Shown here piece by piece: positions 8,852 to 18,790 of a DNA stretch of 64,000 nt; the first letter of the stretch is position 1, and every line of letters starts with the position of its first letter. Made by a program: the position numbers and the translations under genes. Below the pieces are notes generated by a model, which had not been told where the DNA came from, made no database searches, and saw only the letters and a list, made by a program, of their open reading frames with translations. This DNA is from an uncultured Candidatus Rokubacteria bacterium. GTDB lineage: Bacteria > Methylomirabilota > Methylomirabilia > Rokubacteriales > DASRDR01. The stretch lies in NCBI GenBank assembly GCA_963826115.1, contig CAWGVS010000010.1, positions 480,001 to 544,000 on the forward strand, read 5' to 3'.

Positions 8852-11059
8852 ATGCCCGGCCGATCGCTCGCGCGGGCGCTCGGCGTGATCGGGCTCCTCG
8901 TCCTGCTCGCGGGATGTAGCGCCCCCGCCACACCCGGCCCGGTGTTCGGCGGGAAGGAGCTCCAGGCAGACCAGAAGTGGCCGCAGGAGCTGATGGGCGG
9001 GGACGGCTCGACGGTCCTGCTCTACCAGCCCCAGGTCGAGAGCTGGAAGGACTACAAGCTGCTCCGCGCGCGCATGGCCCTGGCGTTCCGCCGGATGGGG
9101 ACGGACAGCGCCACGCTCGGCGGGGTGCTGCTCGAGGGCGACACCTCGACCAGCAGCGAGGCCGGGCAGGTCCGCATCTCCAACATCCGGATCGTCGAGG
9201 GACGGTTCCCTGGCCTCAGCGCGCCGGACTCCGCGCGCCTCCTCGACGCGCTGCGGGCGCGCCTGAGCAAGGAGGACGTGCTCGTCGAAACGGAGCGGAT
9301 CACGGCCTATCTCGAGCGGGCAGAGACCGCCTTCACTCCGGTCGCGCTGAAGTCGGACCCGCCAAAGATCTTCGTGAGCACCCGCTCCGCCGTCCTGGTG
9401 AACATCGATGGACCGCCGGTGATGGCCAAGGTCCCCGGGACGGAGCTCTCGTACGTGGTCAACACGAACTGGGACCTGCTGCGCGCCGCGACGACCTACT
9501 ACCTGCGCCACGAGCAGGGCTGGCTCACCGCGCCCGCCCCCGCGGGGCCGTGGACCGCGGCGACCTCCATTCCCAAGAGCTTCGAGCTGATCCCGACGAA
9601 CGACCCGAACTGGTCCGACGTGCGGAAGGCGGTGCCGGGCGTCGCCCTGGCTCCCTCCGCGGTGCCGAGGGTGTTCGTGAGCGAGACGCCGGCGGAGCTG
9701 ATCCTGCTCGACGGGGAGCCGAAGCTGGAGGCGATCAAGGGGACCAAGCTTTCCTGGGTCACGAACACCCAGAGCGACCTCTTCCAATCGGCGGCGGACC
9801 AACGCTACTACTATCTCGTGGCCGGGCGCTGGTTCCGCGCCGAGAAGCTCGACGGCCCCTGGCGCTTCGCGACGACGGAGCTTCCGGAGGACTTCAAGAA
9901 GATCCCGCCCGACCATCCGGCGGCCGACATCCTCGCCCTGGTGCCGGGCACGCCCCAGGCGCAGCAGGCGGTGATCCGGGGGCACATCCCCCAGACCGCG
10001 CGCGTCGCGCGCGGGAAGGTGGAGCCGCCGAAGGTGACCTACAAGGGCGCGCCCGAGTGGAAGCCCATCGCCGGCACCTCGCTCGCGTACGCGGGGAACA
10101 GCCCGTACGACGTCCTGAAGGTGGGCGATCTCTACTACCTCTGCTTCCAGGCAGTGTGGTTCGTCGCCAAGAGCCCGGAGGGTCCCTGGGAGCTCGCCGA
10201 CAAGGTGCCCAGCGAGGTCTCCAAGATCCCGCCGAGCGTCCCGGTCTACCCGACGACCTACGTCTACGTGTACGACACGGGCCCCGACTACGTGACCTAT
10301 GGCTATCTGCCGGGTTACTACGGGGACTACTACGGCTGGGGCGTGATGGCGTTCGGCACCGGGTACTACTACGGGGCCTATGTCTACGACGACCTCTACT
10401 GGCCGTACGGGTACACGTACGGCTCGGGCTCCTGGTACAACGAGCGCACGGGCACGTACGGCCGGAGCGTCGTGGGCTATGGTCCGTACGGCGGGGCCGG
10501 GCGGGCGGCCGCCTACAATCCGACGACCGGGACCTACGCGCGCGGCGCCGCGGCCTACGGCGAGTATCGGGCGGGCGCCTGGGCGGAGGCCTACAATCCC
10601 CGGACGGGAACCTCCGCGCGCGCCGTGGAAGGCAGCAACGTCTACGGCAACTGGCGGAGCACGTCGGTGGTGCGCGGCGACGACTGGGTCAACGCGGCGC
10701 GGGTCAGCGGCAGCGCGGGGGACGCCGCGGCCGTCCGCACGTCGAGCGGCGGCAGCGCCGTCGTGGCGCGCGGGGACAACAACGTGTACGTCGGCAAGGA
10801 CGGCCAGGTCTACCGGCGGACCGAGGGCGGCGGCTGGCAACAGTACGATGGCGGCCAGTGGAGCGGCGCCGCCGCCTCGCGCGCCGATTCGAGCACCCAG
10901 CAGAGCCTCAACCGCGACGCCGAGGCGCGCAGCACCGGCGCGAGCCGGGCGAGCCAGTCCCAGTCGTGGCGGAGCAGCGGCGGTGGCGGGGGATACAGCG
11001 GTGGCGGATCGGGAGGCGGCGGCATGCGCGGCGGCGGTGGTGGCGGCCGCCGCCGCTGA
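8852..11059 (+). CDS. Large putative lipoprotein with Tyr/Gly-rich repeats and Gly/Arg-rich tail
   Basis: Lipobox LAGC after ATG 8852 (alternative GTG 8828), three YNxxTGTxxR repeats. The ORF-track start at 7514 overlaps the amylase and is spurious. Confidence 0.8.
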   Translation: MPGRSLARALGVIGLLVLLAGCSAPATPGPVFGGKELQADQKWPQELMGGDGSTVLLYQPQVESWKDYKLLRARMALAFRRMGTDSATLGGVLLEGDTSTSSEAGQVRISNIRIVEGRFPGLSAPDSARLLDALRARLSKEDVLVETERITAYLERAETAFTPVALKSDPPKIFVSTRSAVLVNIDGPPVMAKVPGTELSYVVNTNWDLLRAATTYYLRHEQGWLTAPAPAGPWTAATSIPKSFELIPTNDPNWSDVRKAVPGVALAPSAVPRVFVSETPAELILLDGEPKLEAIKGTKLSWVTNTQSDLFQSAADQRYYYLVAGRWFRAEKLDGPWRFATTELPEDFKKIPPDHPAADILALVPGTPQAQQAVIRGHIPQTARVARGKVEPPKVTYKGAPEWKPIAGTSLAYAGNSPYDVLKVGDLYYLCFQAVWFVAKSPEGPWELADKVPSEVSKIPPSVPVYPTTYVYVYDTGPDYVTYGYLPGYYGDYYGWGVMAFGTGYYYGAYVYDDLYWPYGYTYGSGSWYNERTGTYGRSVVGYGPYGGAGRAAAYNPTTGTYARGAAAYGEYRAGAWAEAYNPRTGTSARAVEGSNVYGNWRSTSVVRGDDWVNAARVSGSAGDAAAVRTSSGGSAVVARGDNNVYVGKDGQVYRRTEGGGWQQYDGGQWSGAAASRADSSTQQSLNRDAEARSTGASRASQSQSWRSSGGGGGYSGGGSGGGGMRGGGGGGRRR

Positions 11060-11083
11060 TGCCTCAGCGAAAAGGAGTCACTG

Positions 11084-11350
11084 ATGCGTAGATTCTCGCG
11101 ACGTGGCGGCCGATGGATCGTGTTACTCGGGAGCGTGGCCCTGGGACTCGGGGCCTGCGCCTCCGGCGAGCAGTGGGCGGAGTGGCGGTCCCACTCGTCC
11201 CACTTCGCGTCCGGTGACCACATGGGCTTCTCGCTCAAGAACCTGGGTGACACGCCTCGCGTGAGCAAGAAGGACGTGCAGGAGGCCGGGACACAGTCCT
11301 GGTGGGGGAAGCCGGTCGCGCCCCGCCCCGGCCAGATTTTCGAGGAGTAG
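11084..11350 (+). CDS. Small hypothetical lipoprotein
   Basis: AAGGAG RBS, lipobox LGAC, HSSHFASGDH motif. Confidence 0.75.
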   Translation: MRRFSRRGGRWIVLLGSVALGLGACASGEQWAEWRSHSSHFASGDHMGFSLKNLGDTPRVSKKDVQEAGTQSWWGKPVAPRPGQIFEE

Positions 11351-11366
11351 CGTCGAGGCGCGGTCC

Positions 11367-12005
11367 ATGCGACTGCTCATAGCGGGACTCCTCGGGCTGG
11401 CGCTGGTCTCGACGGCGGGCGCCCAGCGCTCCTTCGAGGAGGCGGTCCTGCCGCTCCCGCAGTACAGGGCGGCGGACGCCCGCGCTCTCGCCGAGGCGTA
11501 CGCGCCGGAGCTCCGGCGCCTGTACGACGACGTCCGCCGGTGCGTGCCCGAGCTCGATTTCTACCAGCCCGGGATCGGCTTCCGGAAGCCGCGGGGCAAG
11601 CCCCAGCTCTCCCCGCACCTGTCGATCTGGATGATCGCGGACGAGAGCGTGGGGCCCGGCGGAGACGATTTCGGTGCGCGGGCGGCCGACGCCTTCGAGC
11701 GCTACGGGGGCCGGCTGCTCCGCCGGCTCCTGGCCCGGGACCTGGTGCGCGCCGACGGCCGGGTGGGCGGCTACGGGCTCGTCATGACGTGGCTGCGCTC
11801 CCGGGGCGACGAGCGGATGGGCGAGACGATGGTGGTCTTCGTCGATACCGTGAGCGCCACCGGGTTCGCCGGCGGCGCGCTCGGGGCGCGGGACCTTCTG
11901 GCGCGGGCGGACATTCGCCTCTTCGAGGGTGACGCCGAGAAGGCGCGGATCCCGATTCCCGTGGACGATGCCAAGGTGCAGCCGGGTGCCGATGGGTGCT
12001 CCTAG
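11367..12005 (+). CDS. Hypothetical exported protein
   Basis: GAGG RBS, signal peptide ending AGA, coding-like codon bias. Confidence 0.7.
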   Translation: MRLLIAGLLGLALVSTAGAQRSFEEAVLPLPQYRAADARALAEAYAPELRRLYDDVRRCVPELDFYQPGIGFRKPRGKPQLSPHLSIWMIADESVGPGGDDFGARAADAFERYGGRLLRRLLARDLVRADGRVGGYGLVMTWLRSRGDERMGETMVVFVDTVSATGFAGGALGARDLLARADIRLFEGDAEKARIPIPVDDAKVQPGADGCS

Positions 12006-12074
12006 CCCCGGACGCCGCCCCTCCGGGGCGCCCGGGGCAGCGTCCGGGAGGGAAGCCACTGCCAGGACGAGACG

Positions 12075-12524
12075 GTGACACGCGCCGCCCTCATCGTGCT
12101 GTTCGCGTGCCTGTTGGGGATCCCCGCCGGCGTCGGGGGGTTCACCTTCGTGTACGCGAAAGGCCTTTCCTACCTCTCCACCGACCCCAAGGCCTGCGTG
12201 AACTGCCACGTGATGAACGCCCAGTACGACGGGTGGCTCAAGAGCGGGCACCGGCACACCGCGACCTGCGTCGAGTGCCACCTGCCGCACGAGGGGATCG
12301 CGAAGTGGATCGCGAAGGGGGACCACGGCTTCCGCCACTCCGCCGCCTTCACGCTCCAGAACTTCAAGGAGCCGATCGAGATCACGCCGAAGGACCGCGA
12401 CATCGTTCGCGTGAACTGCGTGCGGTGCCACGAGGGGCTCGTCCATGGGGTGGTCCAGGCCACGCGGGGCGAGCTCGACTGCCTGCACTGCCACACCAGC
12501 GCCGGGCACGGCGCCGGCGGCTGA
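12075..12524 (+). CDS. nrfH: Cytochrome c nitrite reductase small subunit (tetraheme, NapC/NirT family)
   Basis: N-terminal TM, YLSTDPKACVNCH, four CxxCH motifs, adjacent to nrfA. Confidence 0.93.
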   Translation: MTRAALIVLFACLLGIPAGVGGFTFVYAKGLSYLSTDPKACVNCHVMNAQYDGWLKSGHRHTATCVECHLPHEGIAKWIAKGDHGFRHSAAFTLQNFKEPIEITPKDRDIVRVNCVRCHEGLVHGVVQATRGELDCLHCHTSAGHGAGG

Positions 12525-12527
12525 GAC

Positions 12528-13940
12528 ATGGGAGAGCGCATGGCGATCGTCCGGTCGTCCCAGGGTAAGGCCGGCGTGTGGCTCCTGGTGCTGCTGGGGC
12601 TGGCCGGGGTGGCGGGCGTCACCGTGCTCCTGCTCGCGCTCCTCACGAACATCTTCGAGCGGAAGCAGGAGGCGCGGCAGGGGTTCGTCCGGCTCGCCGA
12701 GGTCACCGAGAACACGATGGACCCGAAGGTGTGGGGGCAGAACTGGCCCCTCCAGTACGACTCCTACCTCAAGACCTCGCAGCCGACGTCGACGAAGTAC
12801 GGCGGTCGCGGCCTCGGCGCGAGCGACAGCGGGCCGGCCGCCCAGAAGCTCGATCGCGACCCCTGGCTCAAGCGGATCTTCGCGGGCTACGCCTTCGCGC
12901 TCGACTACCGAGACCGACGCGGGCACTTCTACGGCCTCTTCGACCAGGAGCAGACCCGGCGCGTGACGGAGAAGCAGCAGCCCGGGGCGTGCCTCCAGTG
13001 CCACGCGGCGAACCTCGCGCTCTACCGCTTCGTCGGCAAGGGCGACGTCCAGAAGGGCTTCGAACAGGTCTCGGGCATGCCGTACGCGGAGGCCCGGAAC
13101 ATGAAGGACGACAAGGGTCAGCCGCTGGTCCAGCACCCCGTGGCCTGCGTGGACTGCCACGAGCCGAAGACGATGGGCGTCCGGGTCACCCGGCCGGGGT
13201 TCATCGCCGGCATCAAGGCGTGGAAGGCCAAGCAGGGGATCGCCGACTTCGAGCCGAACCGCGACGCCACCCGCCAGGAGATGCGCTCCTACGTGTGCGG
13301 CCAGTGCCACGTCGAGTACTACTTCCGGGGCCCGGGCAAGGTCGTGACGTACCCGTGGGCGAACGGCCTCCGGGTCGAGGAGATCGAGGCCTACTACGAG
13401 AAGGAAGGGTTCACGGACTGGGTGCACGCCGAGACGGGCACCAAGGTGCTGAAGGCCCAGCACCCGGAGTTCGAGGTGTGGTCCCAGGGCATCCACGCCC
13501 GCGCGGGGGTGGCCTGCGCCGACTGTCACATGGCCTACGAGCGGGTCGGCGCGATGAAGATCAGCGACCACTGGGTGCGGAGCCCGCTCTTGAACCTGAA
13601 CCGCGCCTGCCAGACCTGCCACTCGGTGGCGGAGAAGGAGCTCGAGGCGCGCGTGCTCACGATCCAGGACCGCCACCACGCGCTCCTCGAGCGCGCGGCC
13701 CGGGCCACGACCGACATGCTCGACGCCATCGTGGCGGCGAAGAAGGGCGGGGCAGCCGAGAAGGACCTCCAGGCGGCCGCCGTCCAGCACCGGAAGGCGC
13801 AGTGGCGGCTCGACTTCGTGGCCGCCGAGAACTCCATGGGGTTCCACGCGCCGCAGGAGCTCGCGCGGATCCTGGGCGAGGTCATCGACCACGCGCGCCA
13901 GGGGCAGCTCGAGGCGGAGCGGGCGGCGCGCCGGCGATAG
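12528..13940 (+). CDS. nrfA: Ammonia-forming pentaheme cytochrome c nitrite reductase (CxxCH first-heme variant)
   Basis: Five motifs [29 protein letters not shown]; KAQHPEFE; [10 protein letters not shown]. Confidence 0.93.
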   Translation: MGERMAIVRSSQGKAGVWLLVLLGLAGVAGVTVLLLALLTNIFERKQEARQGFVRLAEVTENTMDPKVWGQNWPLQYDSYLKTSQPTSTKYGGRGLGASDSGPAAQKLDRDPWLKRIFAGYAFALDYRDRRGHFYGLFDQEQTRRVTEKQQPGACLQCHAANLALYRFVGKGDVQKGFEQVSGMPYAEARNMKDDKGQPLVQHPVACVDCHEPKTMGVRVTRPGFIAGIKAWKAKQGIADFEPNRDATRQEMRSYVCGQCHVEYYFRGPGKVVTYPWANGLRVEEIEAYYEKEGFTDWVHAETGTKVLKAQHPEFEVWSQGIHARAGVACADCHMAYERVGAMKISDHWVRSPLLNLNRACQTCHSVAEKELEARVLTIQDRHHALLERAARATTDMLDAIVAAKKGGAAEKDLQAAAVQHRKAQWRLDFVAAENSMGFHAPQELARILGEVIDHARQGQLEAERAARRR

Positions 13941-14139
13941 CGGCCGGCCTCGGGGGCGTGGCCTAGCGGGGCGCCGAGCGCCTGAGCGTCGAAGCGGCCC
14001 GGATCAAGGCCGCGCCGGCGGCTCGACGTCCCGCACGGATCGGCTCGCGAGGGATGGGACAGAGGCCCGCGTCGATCGTCCGTCGAGTCCCGGGATCGCG
14101 CGGGCGCGGCCGGCGATGCGGGAGCGACGGACTACGGGT

Positions 14140-14173
14140 GCCGGCTGCCGGGGCGCGCCCCGGGGCGGCCGGC
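14140..14173. terminator. GC hairpin between convergent nrfA and glutaredoxin genes
   Basis: GCCGGCTGCC...GGCGGCCGGC inverted repeat; no U-tract. Confidence 0.4.
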
Positions 14174-14186
14174 GAAGGACTACGCG

Positions 14187-14438
14187 CTACGCCCCGTCGA
14201 GCCCGAGGACCTGGACCAGGCGGGGGCGGTTGAAGCCCTGCACGACCTCGTCGCCGACGACGATCACGGGCACGGCGAGCTGTCCCGTGTGGCGGATCAG
14301 CGCCTCCCGTCCCTCCTCGTCCTCCGCGACGTTGACCTCCTGGAAGGCCACGCCCTTCGAGGTGAGGAAGGCCTTGGCCGCCTTGCACGGGCTGCAGGTC
14401 GGGGTGCTGTAGACCACCACGGGTCGGTCGGTCGCCAC
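14187..14438 (-). CDS. Glutaredoxin-like protein (NrdH/YruB type)
   Basis: YSTPTCSPC, AVPVIVVG, GF motif; GGAGG before GTG 14438; TATACT -10 at 14506-14501. Confidence 0.88.
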   Translation of the reverse strand: MATDRPVVVYSTPTCSPCKAAKAFLTSKGVAFQEVNVAEDEEGREALIRHTGQLAVPVIVVGDEVVQGFNRPRLVQVLGLDGA

Positions 14439-14640
14439 GGTCCCCTCCGTTCCAGTCACGGTGCGCGCCCACCGGCGCACCAGGTCACGCCGTCGAACCC
14501 AGTATACCCGACCGATCTACCGGGCCGGCCCGGGTCGAGGTCGGCGACCCCCTGACGGTTGATGGCGCGGTGCGCGGTGACCGGGCTGGCGACGCCGGAG
14601 ATTGCCCCGGCCCGCCGGCCAAGCGGGCGCCTGTCTCGCC

Positions 14641-14886
14641 TCAGCCACCCGCGATCGCGGGCAACAGGAACACCTCGCTGTCCGTGCCAATGGCCTCGAA
14701 CAGGGCGTCCTGGTAGATCTGGCCATCGATGGCCACTGCGACGCCGCTCTCGAGGTGAGGGGCGAGCGCCGGGTGGAGCTCGCCGAGCTGCCGGAAGAGC
14801 TGCTGCACGGACCGCGCGGGCAGGTGGAACTCGGCGACCCCCCCGGTCACCTGCGTGAGGTTGCCGACGAGGACCACCCGCGCCAT
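14641..14886 (-). CDS. MoaD/ThiS family sulfur-carrier protein
   Basis: 81 aa ubiquitin-like protein ending LLPAIAGG. Confidence 0.88.
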   Translation of the reverse strand: MARVVLVGNLTQVTGGVAEFHLPARSVQQLFRQLGELHPALAPHLESGVAVAIDGQIYQDALFEAIGTDSEVFLLPAIAGG

Positions 14887-14892
14887 GCGCGG

Positions 14893-17184
14893 CTAGACCT
14901 TGTTGAGCCCCCGCTCCTTCAGCGCCTTGAGCACCTTGGGCGGCGACATCGGCAGCTCGGTGAAGCGGATGCCGGTCGCCTGCTCCATCGCGTTGGCGAT
15001 GGCCCCGAGCGGCGGGACGATGGGCGTCTCGCCCACTCCCCGAACGCCGTGGGGATGCTTCGGATTTGGCACCTCCACGACGATCGCGTCGATCATCGGG
15101 ACATCCGAGGCCACCGGCATGCGGTAGTCGAGGAAGCCTGCGTTCTGGAGCTTGCCATCGGCGCCGTAGACGTACTCCTCGTTGAGCGCCCAGCCGATGC
15201 CCTGAACGGCGCCACCCTGCAACTGCCCCTCGACGTACGCGGGATGGAGCGCCTTGCCGGCGTCCTGGGCCACCGTGTACCGGAGGATGGTCACGCGGCC
15301 GGTCTCCGGGTCGACCTCGAGGTCGACCAGGTGCGTGCCGAGGCTCGGGCCCGCGCCCTGGGCGTTGATGCGCCCGTAGCCGCCGATCGGCCCGCCCGTC
15401 TTGCCGGCCGCCTTGGCGAAGTCGGCGAGCGATAGGGGCTTGACCTTCTCGGCGAGCGCGCCGAGCGGTCGCACGTGGCCGTCCTGGAACTCAACCTGCT
15501 CCGGCTTGGCCTCCCACAGCTTGCAGGCCCGGGCGCAGAGGTCGGCCCGGATCTGCTTGGCGGCCTCGACGATGGCCATCGAGCCCGAGAAGGCCGAGCG
15601 GCTCCCGCCCGTGAGGAACGTGAAGCCGAGCGAGCCGGTGTCGCCGATGATCGGCCGCACCTTTTCGTACGGGATCCCCAGCTCGTCGGCGGCCACCGAG
15701 GCCAAGGACGCGCGCAGACCGCCGATGTCGGGGGTGCCGGCCATGAGCGAGACCGTCCCGTCCTCGTTCACGGTGAGCGACGCGCAGGTCTCGCCGCCGA
15801 TGTTGAACCAGAAGCCGGAGGCGACCCCGCGCCCCTGCCACTTCCGGAGCGGCGTGTTCCAGTGCTCGGTCTTCTTGATGGAGTTGAGCGTCTCCTCGAG
15901 GCCGAGCGGCCCGAACGTCGGGCCGTAGGCGGCCTTGGTGCCCTCGCGGGCGGCGTTCATCATGCGGAGCTCGATCGGGTCCAGCTTGAGCTTCTTGGCG
16001 ATCTCGTCCACCACGCTCTCGACGGCGAACTCCGAGATGGGGGCGCCCGGCGCGCGGTACGCCGCGACCTTCGGGCGGTTGGAGACGACGTCGTAGCCGA
16101 TGACGTTGACGTTCGGGATGTCGTACGGCGCGTAGGCGCAGAAGACGCCGGGCTGGACCGGCGAGCCCTGGAAGGCGCCGGCCTGGTACTTGAGCTCGGC
16201 GAAGCCCGCCACGAACCGGCCGTCCTTCGTCGCGCCCATCTTCACCCGCACGACGGCGCCCGAGGTCGGCCCGCTGGCCTTGAAGACCTCCTCGCGGGAC
16301 ATGACCAGCTTCACCGGGCGCTTGGCCTTTCGGGAGAGCGCGATGGCCAGGGGCTCCAGGTACACGACCGTCTTGCCGCCGAATCCGCCGCCGATCTCGG
16401 TGGCGGTGACCCGGACCTTCGCGATGTCGAGGCCGAGGAGCCGCGCGCAGTGGGCGCGCACGATGAAGTGGCCCTGGGTGCAGCACCACAGCTCGGTCGA
16501 GCCGTCCTCCGACACGCTGGCGAGCGCGGCGTGGGGCTCGATGTAGCCCTGGTGGACGGGGGCGGTCTTGAACTCCCGCTCGACGATGACGTCCGCCTGC
16601 TTGAAGCCGGCCTCGACGTCGCCGTGCTTGATCTCGATCCGCTTGGCGACGTTGGAGGGCCGGTCGGGCTTCGGCTCGACGCCGACCGTGAACATGTCGT
16701 CGTGCAGGACGGGAGCGCCCGGGCGCATCGCCTCGATCACGTCGATGACGTGCGGGAGCACCTCGTACCGGACGTCGATCAGCTTGAGGGCTCGCTTGGC
16801 AACCGCCGCACTGGTGGCGGCGACGGCGGCGACCGCGTGACCCTCGTAGAGCGCCTTCTCGCGGGCCATCACGTTCCGGACGACGTCCTTGTAGTTCATC
16901 ATCATCTCGCCGGCGGGGATGAACTCCGACGGCTGGTCCCCGAAGTCGTCGCGCGTGACGACGGCCTTGACGCCGGGCAGGGCCTCGGCCTTCGACGTGT
17001 CGATCGAGAGGATGCGCGCGTGCGGGTGGGGGCTCCGCAGCACGCGGCCGATGAGCTGGCCGGGCAGGCTGAAGTCGGCGCCGAAGCGCGCGCGGCCCGT
17101 CACCTTGTCGATGCCGTCCGGGCGGATGGTGCGCGTCCCGACGTAGCCCTGCCCGTTGGTCCCGTTCGTGCTCTTGTCAGCCAT
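14893..17184 (-). CDS. Xanthine dehydrogenase family molybdopterin-binding (large) subunit
   Basis: DKVTGRARF, LRSPHPHARI, IGGGFGGK, AYRAPG, GVGE; ATG 17184 behind GAGGGA. Confidence 0.9.
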   Translation of the reverse strand: MADKSTNGTNGQGYVGTRTIRPDGIDKVTGRARFGADFSLPGQLIGRVLRSPHPHARILSIDTSKAEALPGVKAVVTRDDFGDQPSEFIPAGEMMMNYKDVVRNVMAREKALYEGHAVAAVAATSAAVAKRALKLIDVRYEVLPHVIDVIEAMRPGAPVLHDDMFTVGVEPKPDRPSNVAKRIEIKHGDVEAGFKQADVIVEREFKTAPVHQGYIEPHAALASVSEDGSTELWCCTQGHFIVRAHCARLLGLDIAKVRVTATEIGGGFGGKTVVYLEPLAIALSRKAKRPVKLVMSREEVFKASGPTSGAVVRVKMGATKDGRFVAGFAELKYQAGAFQGSPVQPGVFCAYAPYDIPNVNVIGYDVVSNRPKVAAYRAPGAPISEFAVESVVDEIAKKLKLDPIELRMMNAAREGTKAAYGPTFGPLGLEETLNSIKKTEHWNTPLRKWQGRGVASGFWFNIGGETCASLTVNEDGTVSLMAGTPDIGGLRASLASVAADELGIPYEKVRPIIGDTGSLGFTFLTGGSRSAFSGSMAIVEAAKQIRADLCARACKLWEAKPEQVEFQDGHVRPLGALAEKVKPLSLADFAKAAGKTGGPIGGYGRINAQGAGPSLGTHLVDLEVDPETGRVTILRYTVAQDAGKALHPAYVEGQLQGGAVQGIGWALNEEYVYGADGKLQNAGFLDYRMPVASDVPMIDAIVVEVPNPKHPHGVRGVGETPIVPPLGAIANAMEQATGIRFTELPMSPPKVLKALKERGLNKV

Positions 17185-17186
17185 GG

Positions 17187-17663
17187 CTATCCCTCTCTCA
17201 GCGCGACCGCCGCGTCCTTCATGGCGCTGACGATCTTGTCGTAGCCGGTGCAGCGGCAGAGGTTGCCGGCGAGCCAGTAGCGGATCTCCGTGTCGGTCGG
17301 GTCCGGGTTTCGCTCGAGCAGCGCCTTGCCGGCCACGATGAACCCCGGCGTGCAGATGCCGCACTGGAGCGCGGCGTGCTCCAGGAACTTCTGCTGGAGC
17401 GGATGGAGCGCCTGGCCCTTCGCCACGCCCTCGATCGTTTCCACGCGGCGCCCGCCCACCTCGCATCCCAGCACGAGGCAGGAGCAGACCAGCCGGCCGT
17501 CCAGCATCACGCTGCAGGCGCCGCAGTCGCCGGACGCGCAGCCTTCCTTGCTGCCGGTCAGGCTGAGCGTGTCGCGGAGGACGTCGAGCAGCGTCTCCTC
17601 CGTGTCGCAGAGAAACTCGACCGCGTCGCCGTTCACCGTTGCTTCGATGTGGTGCTTGGCCAT
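17187..17663 (-). CDS. Xanthine dehydrogenase family 2x[2Fe-2S] small subunit
   Basis: GCASGDCGAC, QCGICTPG, GNLCRCTGY. Confidence 0.92.
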   Translation of the reverse strand: MAKHHIEATVNGDAVEFLCDTEETLLDVLRDTLSLTGSKEGCASGDCGACSVMLDGRLVCSCLVLGCEVGGRRVETIEGVAKGQALHPLQQKFLEHAALQCGICTPGFIVAGKALLERNPDPTDTEIRYWLAGNLCRCTGYDKIVSAMKDAAVALREG

Positions 17664-18523
17664 CAGTGGGTCCTCGCTCGGTCCAGGGCGATCAGGGCGA
17701 CCCGGCGGGCGAGTACCGCCGCCACGTCGGTGCGGAACTCGATGGTGCCGCGCTTGTCGTCGATCGGACGGCATGCCGCCCGCGCCGCCGCCTCGAGCCG
17801 CTCCAGCGCCGGGTGGTCGAGCCGGCTGCCGATGATGGCCTGCGCGGCGTCCGACACCAGCAGGACTCGCGCAGCGACCGCGCACAGGCTGACCCGCGCC
17901 GCCGCGATGGCGCCGCCGGCGTCGAGGCTCAGACTGACCCCCGCGCCGACCACGGCGATGTCCATCTCGGTCCGCGGGATGAAGCGGAGGTACGCGTCGC
18001 CGGACCGCGGGGGCCGGGGCGGCAGGAGGAACGAGACGACGATCTCGCCCTTCGTGAGCGCCAGCTTGCGGGGGCCGAGCATCACGTCCTCGACGGGCAG
18101 GTCGCGCCGGCCCTTGGGGCCGACCAGGGTGGCCGTCGCGCCGGCCGCGATGAGCGCCGGTACGCTGTCGGCGGCCGGCGAGCCGTTGCAGAGGTTCCCG
18201 CCCAGGGTGGCGCGCCCCTGCACCTGGGTGGAGCCGATCAGGTTGGCGGCCTCGACGACGCCGGGCCACACCTTCTTCAGGTGGGGGTGCTCCTTCAGTT
18301 CCGCCCCCGTCACCGCGGCCCCGATCCGCCAGCCGCCCTTCTCCTCGGTGACCGTCCGTGTCTCCGGGATCCGCTTGATGTCCACGATCAGCTCGGGGTC
18401 CACGACGTCGGCGCGGATCTGCACCAGGAGGTCGGTCCCCCCGGCGAGCACCCTCGCCTCGCCCTTGGCCCCTGCCAGGAGGGCAACCGCTCCCTCCAGC
18501 GACTCCGGCGCCTCATATCGCAT
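17663..18523 (-). CDS. Xanthine dehydrogenase family FAD-binding (medium) subunit
   Basis: LAGGTDL, ATLGGNLCNGSPAADS; GGAGGAG RBS before ATG 18523. Confidence 0.92.
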   Translation of the reverse strand: MRYEAPESLEGAVALLAGAKGEARVLAGGTDLLVQIRADVVDPELIVDIKRIPETRTVTEEKGGWRIGAAVTGAELKEHPHLKKVWPGVVEAANLIGSTQVQGRATLGGNLCNGSPAADSVPALIAAGATATLVGPKGRRDLPVEDVMLGPRKLALTKGEIVVSFLLPPRPPRSGDAYLRFIPRTEMDIAVVGAGVSLSLDAGGAIAAARVSLCAVAARVLLVSDAAQAIIGSRLDHPALERLEAAARAACRPIDDKRGTIEFRTDVAAVLARRVALIALDRARTH

Positions 18524-18790
18524 CGTGTCTGGTCTCCTCCGTGAGCTTGGCTCCGTCGGACATGATACCAACGTCGGCGGCAGATTGCGTGGGCCCGAGA
18601 CTCCGCGCGCGCAGCGCGTCCCGGATATCGCCGGCGCGCCGTTCAACCGATTCCAGCGGCCGGAGCGCTTCGGATCTACGAGGGGTGCCCAAGGGGATGG
18701 TCACCACCCACCACGAGACGATCGACACGGACCTGCTGGCGCTTCTCCGCTCCGAGGCCTTGCCGGCGTCGCGCCGGCCGCGCGGCGCGC

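Noticed and set aside
10975-11056. GGC-rich tandem repeat
   Set aside because: Simply encodes the Gly-rich protein tail.
14893-18523. Aerobic CO dehydrogenase (coxMSL)
   Set aside because: Active-site loop is AYRAPG, not AYRCSFR or AYRGAGR, and no cox accessory genes are present.
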